This document shows, one piece after another, positions 1-9,502 of a stretch of DNA of 64,000 bases. The stretch spans positions 96,001 to 160,000 of the forward strand of contig OZ242274.1 of the NCBI GenBank assembly GCA_965207375.1. Direction: 5' to 3'. The DNA is from Nitrosopumilaceae archaeon (lineage in GTDB: Archaea > Thermoproteota > Nitrososphaeria > Nitrososphaerales > Nitrosopumilaceae). A program made the position numbers and the translations under genes. The notes beneath the pieces were generated by a model. The model saw nothing but the letters and a program-made list of their open reading frames with translations. It was not told where the DNA came from and made no database searches. Numbering within the stretch: position 1 is the first letter of the stretch; every line of letters begins with the position of its first letter.

Positions 1-1150
1 CATATTTTTCCTTAAAGGCAGAAAATTGCCGCAGTTCATTTACCGCCTTTATGATAACTTGAATTGCATCATCGATTTCTTCTTCGGTGTTGTGTATGCC
101 CAGTGTTAGTCTCAAAGAACCACTAGTTTGTTCGTGAGAAAAACCCATGGCCTGCAGCACATGAGATGCCTTTTGTGTGTTTACCGAGCAGGCAGAACCG
201 GTAGATGCTGCAATTCCGTACTCGTCTAATTTTATTATCAAATCCTCCCCATTAATGCCCAAAAAGGTAAGATGAATATTGTTTGGAATTCTTTTGGTCT
301 GGTGTCCGTTAAATGTTGTATGAGTCAGCTCAGAGGTAACGGCTGCAACCAGCTTTTGTTGCATCTTTTGGTAATGTTGTGTGTTACAGGATAGATTCTC
401 ATTACATAGAGAGCATGCCTTGCCAAAACCAACAATGCCTGCCACATTTTCAGTACCAGAACGCAGTCCGTTTTCCTGACCGCCCCCCAAGATCATAGAG
501 TCAACAGATATGCCATTTCTAATAAACATGGCACCTACCCCTTTTGGCCCGTTGATTTTGTGAGAGGAGATGGACAGCAAATCAACATCTAAATCTCTGA
601 CATCCACAGGTATCTTGCCTACTGCCTGCACTGCATCAGTATGAAAGATTACATTATTTTGGTGACAGATTTGTGCTAATTCTTTGATGGGTTGAACGGT
701 ACCCACCTCATTGTTTGCAAACATTATACTTGCCAAACACGTATCATCGGTAATTTTAGAACGCAGTTCAGCAGGATCAATTAGACCAAATTCATCGACT
801 GAAAGATACGTCACCTCTACTCCCTGCTTTTCTAATTTGCGACAAGGTTCCAAGATGGCATCATGCTCTATCTGTGAAGTAATCACGTGTCTGCCATCAA
901 GGGATTTTACTATGCCGTAAAGCGCAGTATTGTTGGATTCGGTGCCGCCAGAGGTTAGTAAAATTTCAGAGGGTTCTGCATTAATCAAACCTGCTATGTT
1001 TTTTCTTGCCTTGTGTACTGCCTTAGAGGCCAGTCTACCGTATCTGTGAATAGATGAGGGATTGCCGTATTGTTCTGTGAGATATGGCATCATTTCAGAA
1101 ACTATTCGTTTGTCAACTGGAGTAGATGCTGCATTATCTAGATAAATCAA
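1..1150 (-). CDS. iscS: Cysteine desulfurase (IscS/NifS family), 3' end runs off the window
   Basis: Manual translation from TTG at 1150: MIYLDNAASTP, TSGGTESNN, HTDAVQAVGK, SSHKINGPKG (PLP Lys), STGSACS (catalytic Cys); overlaps the larE stop. Confidence 0.9.
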   Translation of the reverse strand, partial: MIYLDNAASTPVDKRIVSEMMPYLTEQYGNPSSIHRYGRLASKAVHKARKNIAGLINAEPSEILLTSGGTESNNTALYGIVKSLDGRHVITSQIEHDAILEPCRKLEKQGVEVTYLSVDEFGLIDPAELRSKITDDTCLASIMFANNEVGTVQPIKELAQICHQNNVIFHTDAVQAVGKIPVDVRDLDVDLLSISSHKINGPKGVGAMFIRNGISVDSMILGGGQENGLRSGTENVAGIVGFGKACSLCNENLSCNTQHYQKMQQKLVAAVTSELTHTTFNGHQTKRIPNNIHLTFLGINGEDLIIKLDEYGIAASTGSACSVNTQKASHVLQAMGFSHEQTSGSLRLTLGIHNTEEEIDDAIQVIIKAVNELRQFSAFKEKY

Positions 1151-1953
1151 TCTGCAATCACATTAAGTTTCCCTGGAGAATAGCCGTCAGGATCAATTTC
1201 TAGCGATGAAAATCCAATCAATTTGAATTGGGAAAGAATCTGCTGCTGATATTTTTGAACTAGTGATATATCAGGTACAGGTACCTCAATGCGGGCAGTG
1301 TTGCCAATACTCCTTACACGAATTTGTTCAATATCTAGCATCTGCTTGACAAATTTTTCGGCAAGATCAATTCGAGTTAAATTCTCAGCAGTGATCATCT
1401 GGCCCCATGGAACCCTAGATGCAAGACATGAGTTAGATGGCTTGTCATAAATTGAAATTCCCAAATCTTTTGCAGTGCTGCGGACATCGTGTTTTGTAAA
1501 GGCTGCATCTAGTAGCGGACTCTTTATGCCGCCGTCTTGCAAAGCTGCAATGCCTGGACGGTAATCGCCCAAATCATCTAGATTCGTACCATCTACAATA
1601 GTGTCTATGTTTTGTGAATTTGCAATGGCCAGCAGATGTTGTGATAGCTCAGACCGACAGTGAAAACAGCGGTTTTGATCATTTTTGACAAAATCAGGAT
1701 TATCCAATTCACTGTAAGTGATTATCTGGTGTCGTATTCCAATCTCCCTTGCTACCTGTTTTGCCGAATCTAGCTCATCAGAGGACAGTGTTTTGTAATC
1801 TGCAGTTACTGCAAGTGCTCTATTTCCAAGTGTGACAAAAGCAGCCTTTGCCACAAGTGCACTATCTACGCCCCCCGAAAGCGCAACAATTGCGCCTTTT
1901 TTATCATCAAACCAAGAATATAGTTGTTCTAGTTTTTCCATGTACTTATCCAC
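1147..1953 (-). CDS. larE: ATP-dependent sacrificial sulfur transferase LarE (likely start ATG 1941)
   Basis: PP-loop SGGVDS, RCFHCR, DGTNLDDLGDYRPG, SCLASRVP; adjacent to larC. Confidence 0.9.
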   Translation of the reverse strand: MDKYMEKLEQLYSWFDDKKGAIVALSGGVDSALVAKAAFVTLGNRALAVTADYKTLSSDELDSAKQVAREIGIRHQIITYSELDNPDFVKNDQNRCFHCRSELSQHLLAIANSQNIDTIVDGTNLDDLGDYRPGIAALQDGGIKSPLLDAAFTKHDVRSTAKDLGISIYDKPSNSCLASRVPWGQMITAENLTRIDLAEKFVKQMLDIEQIRVRSIGNTARIEVPVPDISLVQKYQQQILSQFKLIGFSSLEIDPDGYSPGKLNVIAD

Positions 1954-3154
1954 AGTTAATCTGTTTTATCATTAAATCTTGTGCATCACGGAAAGATATG
2001 CAAAGTGTGTCAGAGACATTTTTGATGTCATCAAATTCAATTTTGAGAATTTTGTTAGAATCAGGGTTGATTTTGTATCTGACTAGGAACTGTTTTTGAC
2101 CAATTACTATGGTGGCAGTTTTGATGGTTCTAGGCCAAATAAATCGGTCAGAGCGCCTGACCCGTATTCCCAGAGTACCTGTCTCATCAGTCAAAATGTC
2201 AGTCATGGCAGTCAGCGAATCGTCATCACACAAAACGGTGATCAGGTTTGTGGGTCTGTTCTTTTTAGTTATTGCAGGGGAAACGGTAACATCTTTTGCA
2301 CCGTTACGAATAAGTTTGTCAATCAAGTGTCCAAGTATCTCTCCTGAAACATCATCTACGTTGGTTTCTAGGACAAGAATTGAATCCATGTGTGTATTGT
2401 CGTATCCCTTGACAATCTTTAGCACGTTTGCAAAAGGTTCAAAGTCTTTGCTGCCTCCACCGTATCCAACGGATTCAACCTTAAATGACGGATAAAACTG
2501 TCTGCTGTACTTTGCTAGATTCACCAAAAGGCATGCACCTGTAGGAGTGGTCAGCTCCTCAGATATTATGCCTCCGTGAATGATAATGTCAGAATTTTTA
2601 AATATTTCCAGAATGGCAGAGGCAGGATTTGATGTAACACCGTGTGAAAAATCAATTGTGCCGCCGCCAACTGCCACATGGGTGCTAATTATTATGTCAT
2701 CAAAAAATCCCAAATCATCTAATGCAATGGCAGAACCTAGTATATCAATTACAGTATCAATGCTAGAAGATTCATGAAAATGAACAGAGTCTGTTGGGAC
2801 GCCGTGTATTTGAGATTCGGCCAAAATCAGCGTATCGATACAAGAAATTACAAATGCGTTTGCCTTGTCGCAAAGAGACAACTCCGAAATGGATTTTTCC
2901 AAGCATCTTTTGATTTCTGTGCCGTGTCTTTGACTCACATCCTCAGAAACATCCAGATTTAGGCAGGTGGCACTGATGCCGTGCTTTTTTTTCTTGACAA
3001 ATTCAATTGTGTTGATTTGACTATTAGAAAGATGCCGTTTAGCTATGTTGATGCCGTCAAATATTTTAGATTCATCTGCACCCAAATCCACCAGCGAGCA
3101 CAGCAACATATCACCAGAGATCCCAGCTATTTGAGAATCTATTACAACGACCAT
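1946..3154 (-). CDS. larC: Nickel pincer cofactor biosynthesis protein LarC
   Basis: GISGDM, VHFHE, ELTTPTGA, GYGGG, LETNVDD, KKNRP motifs. Confidence 0.92.
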   Translation of the reverse strand: MVVVIDSQIAGISGDMLLCSLVDLGADESKIFDGINIAKRHLSNSQINTIEFVKKKKHGISATCLNLDVSEDVSQRHGTEIKRCLEKSISELSLCDKANAFVISCIDTLILAESQIHGVPTDSVHFHESSSIDTVIDILGSAIALDDLGFFDDIIISTHVAVGGGTIDFSHGVTSNPASAILEIFKNSDIIIHGGIISEELTTPTGACLLVNLAKYSRQFYPSFKVESVGYGGGSKDFEPFANVLKIVKGYDNTHMDSILVLETNVDDVSGEILGHLIDKLIRNGAKDVTVSPAITKKNRPTNLITVLCDDDSLTAMTDILTDETGTLGIRVRRSDRFIWPRTIKTATIVIGQKQFLVRYKINPDSNKILKIEFDDIKNVSDTLCISFRDAQDLMIKQINCG

Positions 3155-3372
3155 AAAAACAAAATATTAAAAATGCATATAAATTCTGTCCAAAGGCTGA
3201 AATTCTCCCAGTAATGAAAACTGTAAAGTTCTTGGTCGTAACTTGTCAAAATTTACGCATTTTATACACAGCACAGGTACACTAGAGGTTTTTGCTAGAG
3301 TGCAAAGATTATTTTAGGAAATAAAAACAAAAAAAATATGCTCAAAAAGGAACCGCCAAAAGTGTTAGTTGC

Positions 3373-4230
3373 ATGTGGTCTCCAGTATACAAATTGACAC
3401 GAATGCTAAAAAAGGCACTGCAGGGAATTCTCACAGAACAGGAAAGCAGTGAATTGTTTTCAGCCTTTGATCAGATAGGCCGAATCATAGTTGTTAGAAT
3501 CCCAGATTCGCTATTAGAAAAAAAGAAAGTCATCGGGGAGACTCTTTTAGATCAGGTAAAAACTGCCGAATCAGTTTTTTACCAGTCCTCCAATGTAGAA
3601 GGTGATTTTAGAACACGTAACCTAGAGCTGCTTGCAGGTGTGGACTCTACAGAAACAGAATACAAAGAACACGGATGCAGATTTTTCGTAGATGTCAAAA
3701 AGGCGTTTTTTTCACCAAGACTATCCACCGAACGGCTTCGAATTGCAAATTTGACACTAGACTCAGACGTCATAGTAAACATGTTTGCAGGTGTCGGAAT
3801 GTTTTCAATTGTGGCTGCTAAAAACAAAAAATGCACCGTATACAGCATAGATATCAACTCTGAAGCATCAAGGCTTTGCAAAAAAAACATTTCAATTAAC
3901 AAGCTTGCAGGAAATGTGATTTCAATTAATGGTGAGGCAGCAGAGACAATCAAAGAAAGATTTGAGAATACTGCCACAAGGACACTGATGCTTTTGCCTG
4001 AAAGGTCAGACGAGTTTTTGGATTCTGCAATAAAATGCACAAAAAATAACGGCACCATACACTATTACGCGCACACCCGTTCTGAAAAGAAATTACAGGC
4101 GCCTGCGGCTGCACAAAGACACTTTGCAAAAATTTGTCCCGTAAAACATTTGATTCTGGGTTCAAAAAACGTCAGAGCTGTGGGACCAAGATACTATCAA
4201 ACAGTAGTGGATGCACAAATTTTCAAGTAA
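3373..4230 (+). CDS. Trm5/Met-10+ family SAM-dependent tRNA methyltransferase (start may be 3403)
   Basis: FDQIGRI, YKEHGCRF, FFSPRLSTER, NMFAGVGMFS. Confidence 0.85.
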   Translation: MWSPVYKLTRMLKKALQGILTEQESSELFSAFDQIGRIIVVRIPDSLLEKKKVIGETLLDQVKTAESVFYQSSNVEGDFRTRNLELLAGVDSTETEYKEHGCRFFVDVKKAFFSPRLSTERLRIANLTLDSDVIVNMFAGVGMFSIVAAKNKKCTVYSIDINSEASRLCKKNISINKLAGNVISINGEAAETIKERFENTATRTLMLLPERSDEFLDSAIKCTKNNGTIHYYAHTRSEKKLQAPAAAQRHFAKICPVKHLILGSKNVRAVGPRYYQTVVDAQIFK

Positions 4231-4231
4231 G

Positions 4232-4450
4232 CTAATCGTCTGTATCAATGGAAGACGGAACAGGTTTTGTTGTTGCCATGGTGTAGCCTATCCAGGCCAC
4301 TGTTCCTAGGACAGCCCCTACAATCATCAAAACAGACAACTCTAAAACAATTTTTCCCCATTCAGACAGCATTACTAGATATGCATATGTAAAAAAACCG
4401 ACTATACACAGACAAAATATTGTAATTCCCATTGATTTTCGTTTGTCCAT
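4232..4450 (-). CDS. Small two-TM membrane protein
   Basis: Two hydrophobic helices ending WIGYTMATT; start MDKRK overlaps nothing and follows the acetyltransferase. Confidence 0.65.
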   Translation of the reverse strand: MDKRKSMGITIFCLCIVGFFTYAYLVMLSEWGKIVLELSVLMIVGAVLGTVAWIGYTMATTKPVPSSIDTDD

Positions 4451-4463
4451 CTGTGTCAATCTC

Positions 4464-4973
4464 CTATTTGTCAACATACTCAAATTCACGAGACATGAGA
4501 AACGCATCTTCGCCGTCTCGGTAATACATATTGAGCCGCTGTTTAATTACAAATCCTAGTTTTTCATAAAGATTGATTGCCTCGTTGTTGCTACAGCGAA
4601 CCTCTAGATAAAATTCATCGCATCTTCGAATCCGAACACCTGTGATGGATTCTTCGACTATTGCCTTGCCGATTCCCTTACCGCGGTACTCTGGCAGGAC
4701 TGCCACAGATACCATGTGTGCTTTTTTAACAAAGCCTAGTTTTTTAAAATTTGAAAATCCAAACTCGGATTTACACATTATATATCCGACACGCCTTGCT
4801 CCAATTTCAGCAACTAAAAAGGCCTCTGGCATTTCTGCAAGTAAACTTTCATAAAAATAATCAGAATAATGCTCTGGAAGTGTTTTAAGATTAATCTCCA
4901 TTATTGGAATAAGATCGCCTAATTCGGCCCTGCGTATTATACAGTCGTCTAATTGACGTAAGAGTACCTGCAT
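4464..4973 (-). CDS. rimI: N-terminal acetyltransferase (RimI/Ard1 GNAT family)
   Basis: LPEHY, SVAVLPEYRGKGIG, LEVRCSN, YYRDGEDA. Confidence 0.88.
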   Translation of the reverse strand: MQVLLRQLDDCIIRRAELGDLIPIMEINLKTLPEHYSDYFYESLLAEMPEAFLVAEIGARRVGYIMCKSEFGFSNFKKLGFVKKAHMVSVAVLPEYRGKGIGKAIVEESITGVRIRRCDEFYLEVRCSNNEAINLYEKLGFVIKQRLNMYYRDGEDAFLMSREFEYVDK

Positions 4974-5104
4974 GAAATTATTACCATATTGCAAATATTT
5001 AATGTTAGGCTAAACCATGAAAGGTACAGATTCTCACATAGACACAATAATACTGGCATTGCGCTGCGAAAACCATTAATGCCCAAAACAAAAACCCCTA
5101 GACA

Positions 5105-6223
5105 TTGAGTCAACCCACAGATGAGTATATTATATCGCTTGTAAAAGCAACATTTGATGTTGCTGAACCTGTGGAGAACTCAGAGGTATTACAGTTTAAA
5201 ATAAAATCAAGTGACTTTAAAGATAGATTTGTAAAACTGGCACAAAGTCTGGAGGTGCAAAATGTTGCATGCAAAATTCAAAACAAAAAAGACGGATTAC
5301 ATCTGATTATAACACATATCGAGTTTAAAAAACGAGGCAGACTTTATTCATCATGGCTGCCAAGAATTTTGTTTGCAGTTGTTATTTTATTTGTCATGGT
5401 AGACGGATACTATAGAACCGCTGGCAGTAATACCATCATCTGGATTGGGGAACCCCTAGAAATGGCAGTCATATACACAGTTGCATTGCTTGGAATATTG
5501 GGAGTTCACGAATTGGGACATTTGATTGCATCAAAGGTTCACAAGATAAACACCACCTGGCCGTATTTCATACCTGGTCTGCCAATAATTGGTATTCCAA
5601 CATTTGGAGCACTAATTATGGCAAAGGGACTTATGATTAACAGGGAAAAAACATTTGATGTGGCCATTGCAGGCCCCATTGCAGGACTTGTAATTGCAAT
5701 GATTGTTTCAGTATATGCTGCATCTGTTGCACCCATGATAGATCCGATTTTACTAGATCAGCTGCATGAGACCGGCCAAGTATCAAACTGGATGTTTGGC
5801 GAGCCGTTACTGATGACTGCAAGTCTAGCACTGTTTGAAAAGACCCAACAACACGGAGACGTACTGATGACGCCACTATTGTTTGCATCATGGATTGGAT
5901 TTTTCCTGACTTTTGCAAATCTTATGCCTGCAGGACAGCTAGATGGGGGACACATGATGAGGACTGTGTTTGGAAAAAAGACACTTCGAATCTTCACATA
6001 TGCAAGTGCGGCAATATTGTTTTTGATGAATTTCTGGTTTGTTGCATTATTTATTTTGTTTATGAGTGGAAAAAACACAGGAATAAACATCATGGATGAC
6101 GTCACACCACTGTCATTTAAAAGAAAAGTCTCCTATGGAGTAATCATGATTTTGGCGGTTTTATGTGCACCAATACCTAGTAATTTTACCGTAATAGAAC
6201 CCTTGCTCCATCTGATACAATAG
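5105..6223 (+). CDS. Site-2 protease (M50 membrane zinc metalloprotease)
   Basis: HELGH, AIAGP, NLMPAGQLDGGH; multiple TM segments. Confidence 0.92.
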   Translation: MSQPTDEYIISLVKATFDVAEPVENSEVLQFKIKSSDFKDRFVKLAQSLEVQNVACKIQNKKDGLHLIITHIEFKKRGRLYSSWLPRILFAVVILFVMVDGYYRTAGSNTIIWIGEPLEMAVIYTVALLGILGVHELGHLIASKVHKINTTWPYFIPGLPIIGIPTFGALIMAKGLMINREKTFDVAIAGPIAGLVIAMIVSVYAASVAPMIDPILLDQLHETGQVSNWMFGEPLLMTASLALFEKTQQHGDVLMTPLLFASWIGFFLTFANLMPAGQLDGGHMMRTVFGKKTLRIFTYASAAILFLMNFWFVALFILFMSGKNTGINIMDDVTPLSFKRKVSYGVIMILAVLCAPIPSNFTVIEPLLHLIQ

Positions 6224-7316
6224 TTACCTTCTGTCTTGCACCCTGTGTTTTTAAGACATAATCAAGACCGTGCTTTGCACCGTTGAGCGGTATCATGTTT
6301 AGTTTTTTGATGTAAAATTCTGGCAGAACCGAAACAATGCCTATCTGAAAGGTTTTTTGAACCTCTGTCAAATAGAAAAGATTCTCCATACCGTCAACAT
6401 ATTGTGTGGGGTTTGCCAACCTGTCAAGACCCATTCTACCGTCAATAAAATATTGGAACGCATCAGAACCCAATCCGCCTTTAGATTCGCCCAAAAGAAC
6501 TGCTAGACCTGCAGACCGTACCCCACCGTAACAGTTCCAAAGCGACGACAGTGATTTGCTCAAAGTGTCATTGCTTGCATCCTTGCCGGTGCTAATTATC
6601 AGGGCTTTGTGCTGTCCAGTATCCTTGATTGCGACAGATTCAAATGTTTTTGATATTTCCATGGTTTTAGCAGGATGGTCCACTAAAACATCCACGATTC
6701 CCCGAGAATTGGCAAGAATTTCAATTCCAATTATCTCAAAATTATCCACAAATTTTTTGGCCTCTTCGATGCTTTTGGTAGACTGCCCAGGAGATGGAAG
6801 GTTGCCTTTTCTTTTTGCATAGGCTACAAGCATGTTTTCCTGTCCAAACTGTCTGAGCAATCTGGTAGATATGGTTTCAAATCCAAACAGGCCGTCTAGT
6901 TCAATTTCACTCATAAAGACAAGATTGGAATTAGACAGGTTTGCATCGCCGAATTCAGAAATAGTGCTTCCTTCTGGAAGGCCGAATTTTACCTGATTTA
7001 GTATTTTTTTATCGGCAAGTATTTTTGGAAATGGTAGTGATTTTTGTTCACAAATTGTAAATAGTGTGGAAATGACTTTTTGCGTGTTTTGAGAGTTGTG
7101 TAGTATCACTAGTTCCATGGGTTTTAAAAGATCTAATTTAGCTAGTTTTTCGGATAGCTCAGAATCGGTGATATTTGTTCCCTCAGAGTCGATATTTTGT
7201 TCCAAATTCTCGGCTTTAATATCCAAGACCACCTCGGACATACCATAATTTAACCAGATTTCAGGCACAACAAGACTAAAACACAAACCAAAATAAATCA
7301 AGTGTGGTGAAAACAT
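6186..7316 (-). CDS. LarA-like (lactate racemase N-terminal domain-related) protein; true start probably GTG near 7268
   Basis: N-terminus PEIWLNYG..VVLDI and C-terminus VTIVSDGA resemble the LarA/DUF2088 family; near larC/larE. Confidence 0.5.
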   Translation of the reverse strand: MFSPHLIYFGLCFSLVVPEIWLNYGMSEVVLDIKAENLEQNIDSEGTNITDSELSEKLAKLDLLKPMELVILHNSQNTQKVISTLFTICEQKSLPFPKILADKKILNQVKFGLPEGSTISEFGDANLSNSNLVFMSEIELDGLFGFETISTRLLRQFGQENMLVAYAKRKGNLPSPGQSTKSIEEAKKFVDNFEIIGIEILANSRGIVDVLVDHPAKTMEISKTFESVAIKDTGQHKALIISTGKDASNDTLSKSLSSLWNCYGGVRSAGLAVLLGESKGGLGSDAFQYFIDGRMGLDRLANPTQYVDGMENLFYLTEVQKTFQIGIVSVLPEFYIKKLNMIPLNGAKHGLDYVLKTQGARQKVTIVSDGARVLLR

Positions 7317-7319
7317 GAT

Positions 7320-7928
7320 ATGGAATTTGTAAAGGAATTTGCATTATTTTTACACAAAAACGGCATCATAAAGTTTGGAGATTTTACCCTGGCTAGTGGA
7401 AAAAAGAGTTCCTATTACATAGATGCTAGACTAGTGGCAAGCTATCCAATTGAGTTTAGAAAAATGATAAAGGCTCTGCAAGGCATGATTTCAGATGAAA
7501 TTGGACTAGACAAATTTGATGCTATAGTATCGGTACCTACCGGAGGACTCGTAATTGCATCGGCACTTGCAATGGAGATCGTAAAGCCTGTAATTTATGT
7601 AAGAGACAAACCAAAAGACCACGGTACTGCAAGACGAATTGAAGGCAAGGTCAGTGAAGGAATGCAGGTTTTGATGATTGACGATGTGGTAACTACGGGA
7701 GGCTCGGTAATTCAGGGAATCAAGGCACTCAAAGAATCTGGTGTGGAAATTTCAGATGCATATGTCATAGTAGATAGGTTGCAGGGAGCAGCTGCTGCAT
7801 TGCAGTCAGAAGGGGTAAAAATGCACAGCCTGATGAATGTTTTGCAGATAGCACAGCTTTTACATAAAGAAAAAATGATCTCCACAGAGACATTAGAAGA
7901 GGTAAAAACACAGATCAATACAGATTAA
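7320..7928 (+). CDS. pyrE: Orotate phosphoribosyltransferase
   Basis: GDFTLASGKKSSYYID, PRPP-binding loop IDDVVTTGGS. Confidence 0.95.
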   Translation: MEFVKEFALFLHKNGIIKFGDFTLASGKKSSYYIDARLVASYPIEFRKMIKALQGMISDEIGLDKFDAIVSVPTGGLVIASALAMEIVKPVIYVRDKPKDHGTARRIEGKVSEGMQVLMIDDVVTTGGSVIQGIKALKESGVEISDAYVIVDRLQGAAAALQSEGVKMHSLMNVLQIAQLLHKEKMISTETLEEVKTQINTD

Positions 7929-8079
7929 GGCCAGCTCAGTCAAATGCCTTCACATCATTAATCAGGTATAACTCTGATTCCTCATTGCGGCCGATTCAGT
8001 TTAGGATACAGTTGTTTTAAAACTAACTGAAATGAGGTGTTTTTGATTAACAGATAAAGACGATTTTTATGATGAAAAG

Positions 8080-8652
8080 CGAAAATATGCAAATATCATG
8101 TGGACTGGTATGAGATGAAAGATCCACGCTTTACAGGCATGAATCTAGTCACATATCTTGATGATGCCTCAAGATGTATAACAGGTGCTGCACTATTTCA
8201 ACATGCAACATCTGAGAATGCCGTACTGGCACTAAGACTTGCAATAAAGCGGTTTGGCGCACCTGCATCCATACTGTCTGATAACGGTGCGTGTCGTATA
8301 GGACAAAACGATAGAAAGAAAAAGAAAACAAGGACTCCCACCCTCTTTGAGGAGGAGCTCCTGCAAGGAGACATCATACGGATAAACTCTAGACCGTATC
8401 ATCCCCAGACCAACGGCAAGCTGGAACGATTCCACCGCAGCATAGATGAGGAGATACGGTACTATGAGAATCTGAGAGTATGTTGATTATTACAATGAGC
8501 GTAGACTGCACTTTTCACTAGACATTGAGCACCGTGAGTTCCATTGCAGGCGTTTAAAAACAAAAAAGTGCCTGATGCGATCAGAAAAAGTGATCCAGAA
8601 TAGATGGTGAGTGATACTGATGATTCAGCGGACCTACTTTTGATATAATACA
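8080..8652 (+). pseudogene. IS481-family transposase remnant (integrase core, frameshifted) with right end ...TAATACA
   Basis: YLDDASR, ILSDNG, PYHPQTNGKLERFH; C-terminus YYNERRLHFSL continues in another frame. Confidence 0.8.
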
Positions 8653-8692
8653 GTCTTTAAACAATTATAAACAATCTAAAAATTGTTAATAT

Positions 8693-8851
8693 ATGTCAAA
8701 CAATCCTGCTTGTGGTCTTTGGACAAAGAATGAGACAAACTGGTCACAAGATGATACTGATTTTATCCAAGAATCTCTTGGGCAATTAAACAATGAATCT
8801 TCAACCTCATATGAGGAGTTAGAGCAACAAAACGACGCAAAACTAAAGTAA
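8693..8851 (+). CDS. Small acidic hypothetical protein (52 aa)
   Basis: Manual ORF MSNNPACGLW...DAKLK after an AT-rich promoter-like stretch. Confidence 0.4.
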   Translation: MSNNPACGLWTKNETNWSQDDTDFIQESLGQLNNESSTSYEELEQQNDAKLK

Positions 8852-8867
8852 GGGATTTTGTTTTCTA

Positions 8868-9134
8868 GTGAACATCAAAGGTAAATTACCAATATTTACT
8901 GCAAAGTTCGCTATTGAACCATATGCTCGTGGTGCAATTGTATTACTTTGCATAAATAACATTTGTAATGCATCTAATACTCTGTCAATGAAAAATATAT
9001 CCACATGCGATATGAGAATAGGAGATAACGTGTATTTTACATATACTGCAGTTTGTAAATTATACTTTAAACATCATCCTGCTGATAACAGTGTAACATT
9101 AATGGACTATCAATTCAAAACCCATAATTTTTAG
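8868..9134 (+). CDS. Hypothetical protein (88 aa)
   Basis: ORF 16 bp downstream of the small acidic ORF. Confidence 0.35.
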   Translation: MNIKGKLPIFTAKFAIEPYARGAIVLLCINNICNASNTLSMKNISTCDMRIGDNVYFTYTAVCKLYFKHHPADNSVTLMDYQFKTHNF

Positions 9135-9248
9135 CGGAACTAGCAAGTTATCGGTAGTAATTCTCTGTGGAAAGTGTCGGTAGACCAGGCTAGATGTGAC
9201 TTTGAGACATTCTGAATCAACGTCTTCTACTCGTTATCGCCCTTTATT

Positions 9249-9338
9249 CTAATTCCTGCCTTTTTGATGATCAAAGTGATATACTAAAGTTGCTAAAAAC
9301 TGAATTAATTCAATTGATGAAACTTTAGTTTTTGCCAC
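9249..9338 (-). pseudogene. HicA-like toxin remnant (premature stop)
   Basis: VAKTKVSSIELIQFLATLVYHFDHQKG resembles the HicA N-terminus up to the QKG(SH) motif, then stops. Confidence 0.5.
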
Positions 9339-9343
9339 AAATA

Positions 9344-9502
9344 TTATTCAGATGTAATCAACATAAACGCTTTCTTAGTACCCATTGATTCCAACATAGA
9401 TTCTATTGCTTCATGAACATTATCTAATGCTTCATCTTCGGTTGCTCCATCGGAGATCACCCCAGATAATTCATCAACTGTAGCTACAAAACGTCCTTCC
9501 TG
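9344..9502 (-). pseudogene. hicB: HicB-family antitoxin, 5' end removed by IS66 insertion
   Basis: EGRFVATVDELSGVISDGATEDEALDNVHEAIE is a typical HicB core; the ORF abuts the IS end at 9503. Confidence 0.75.
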
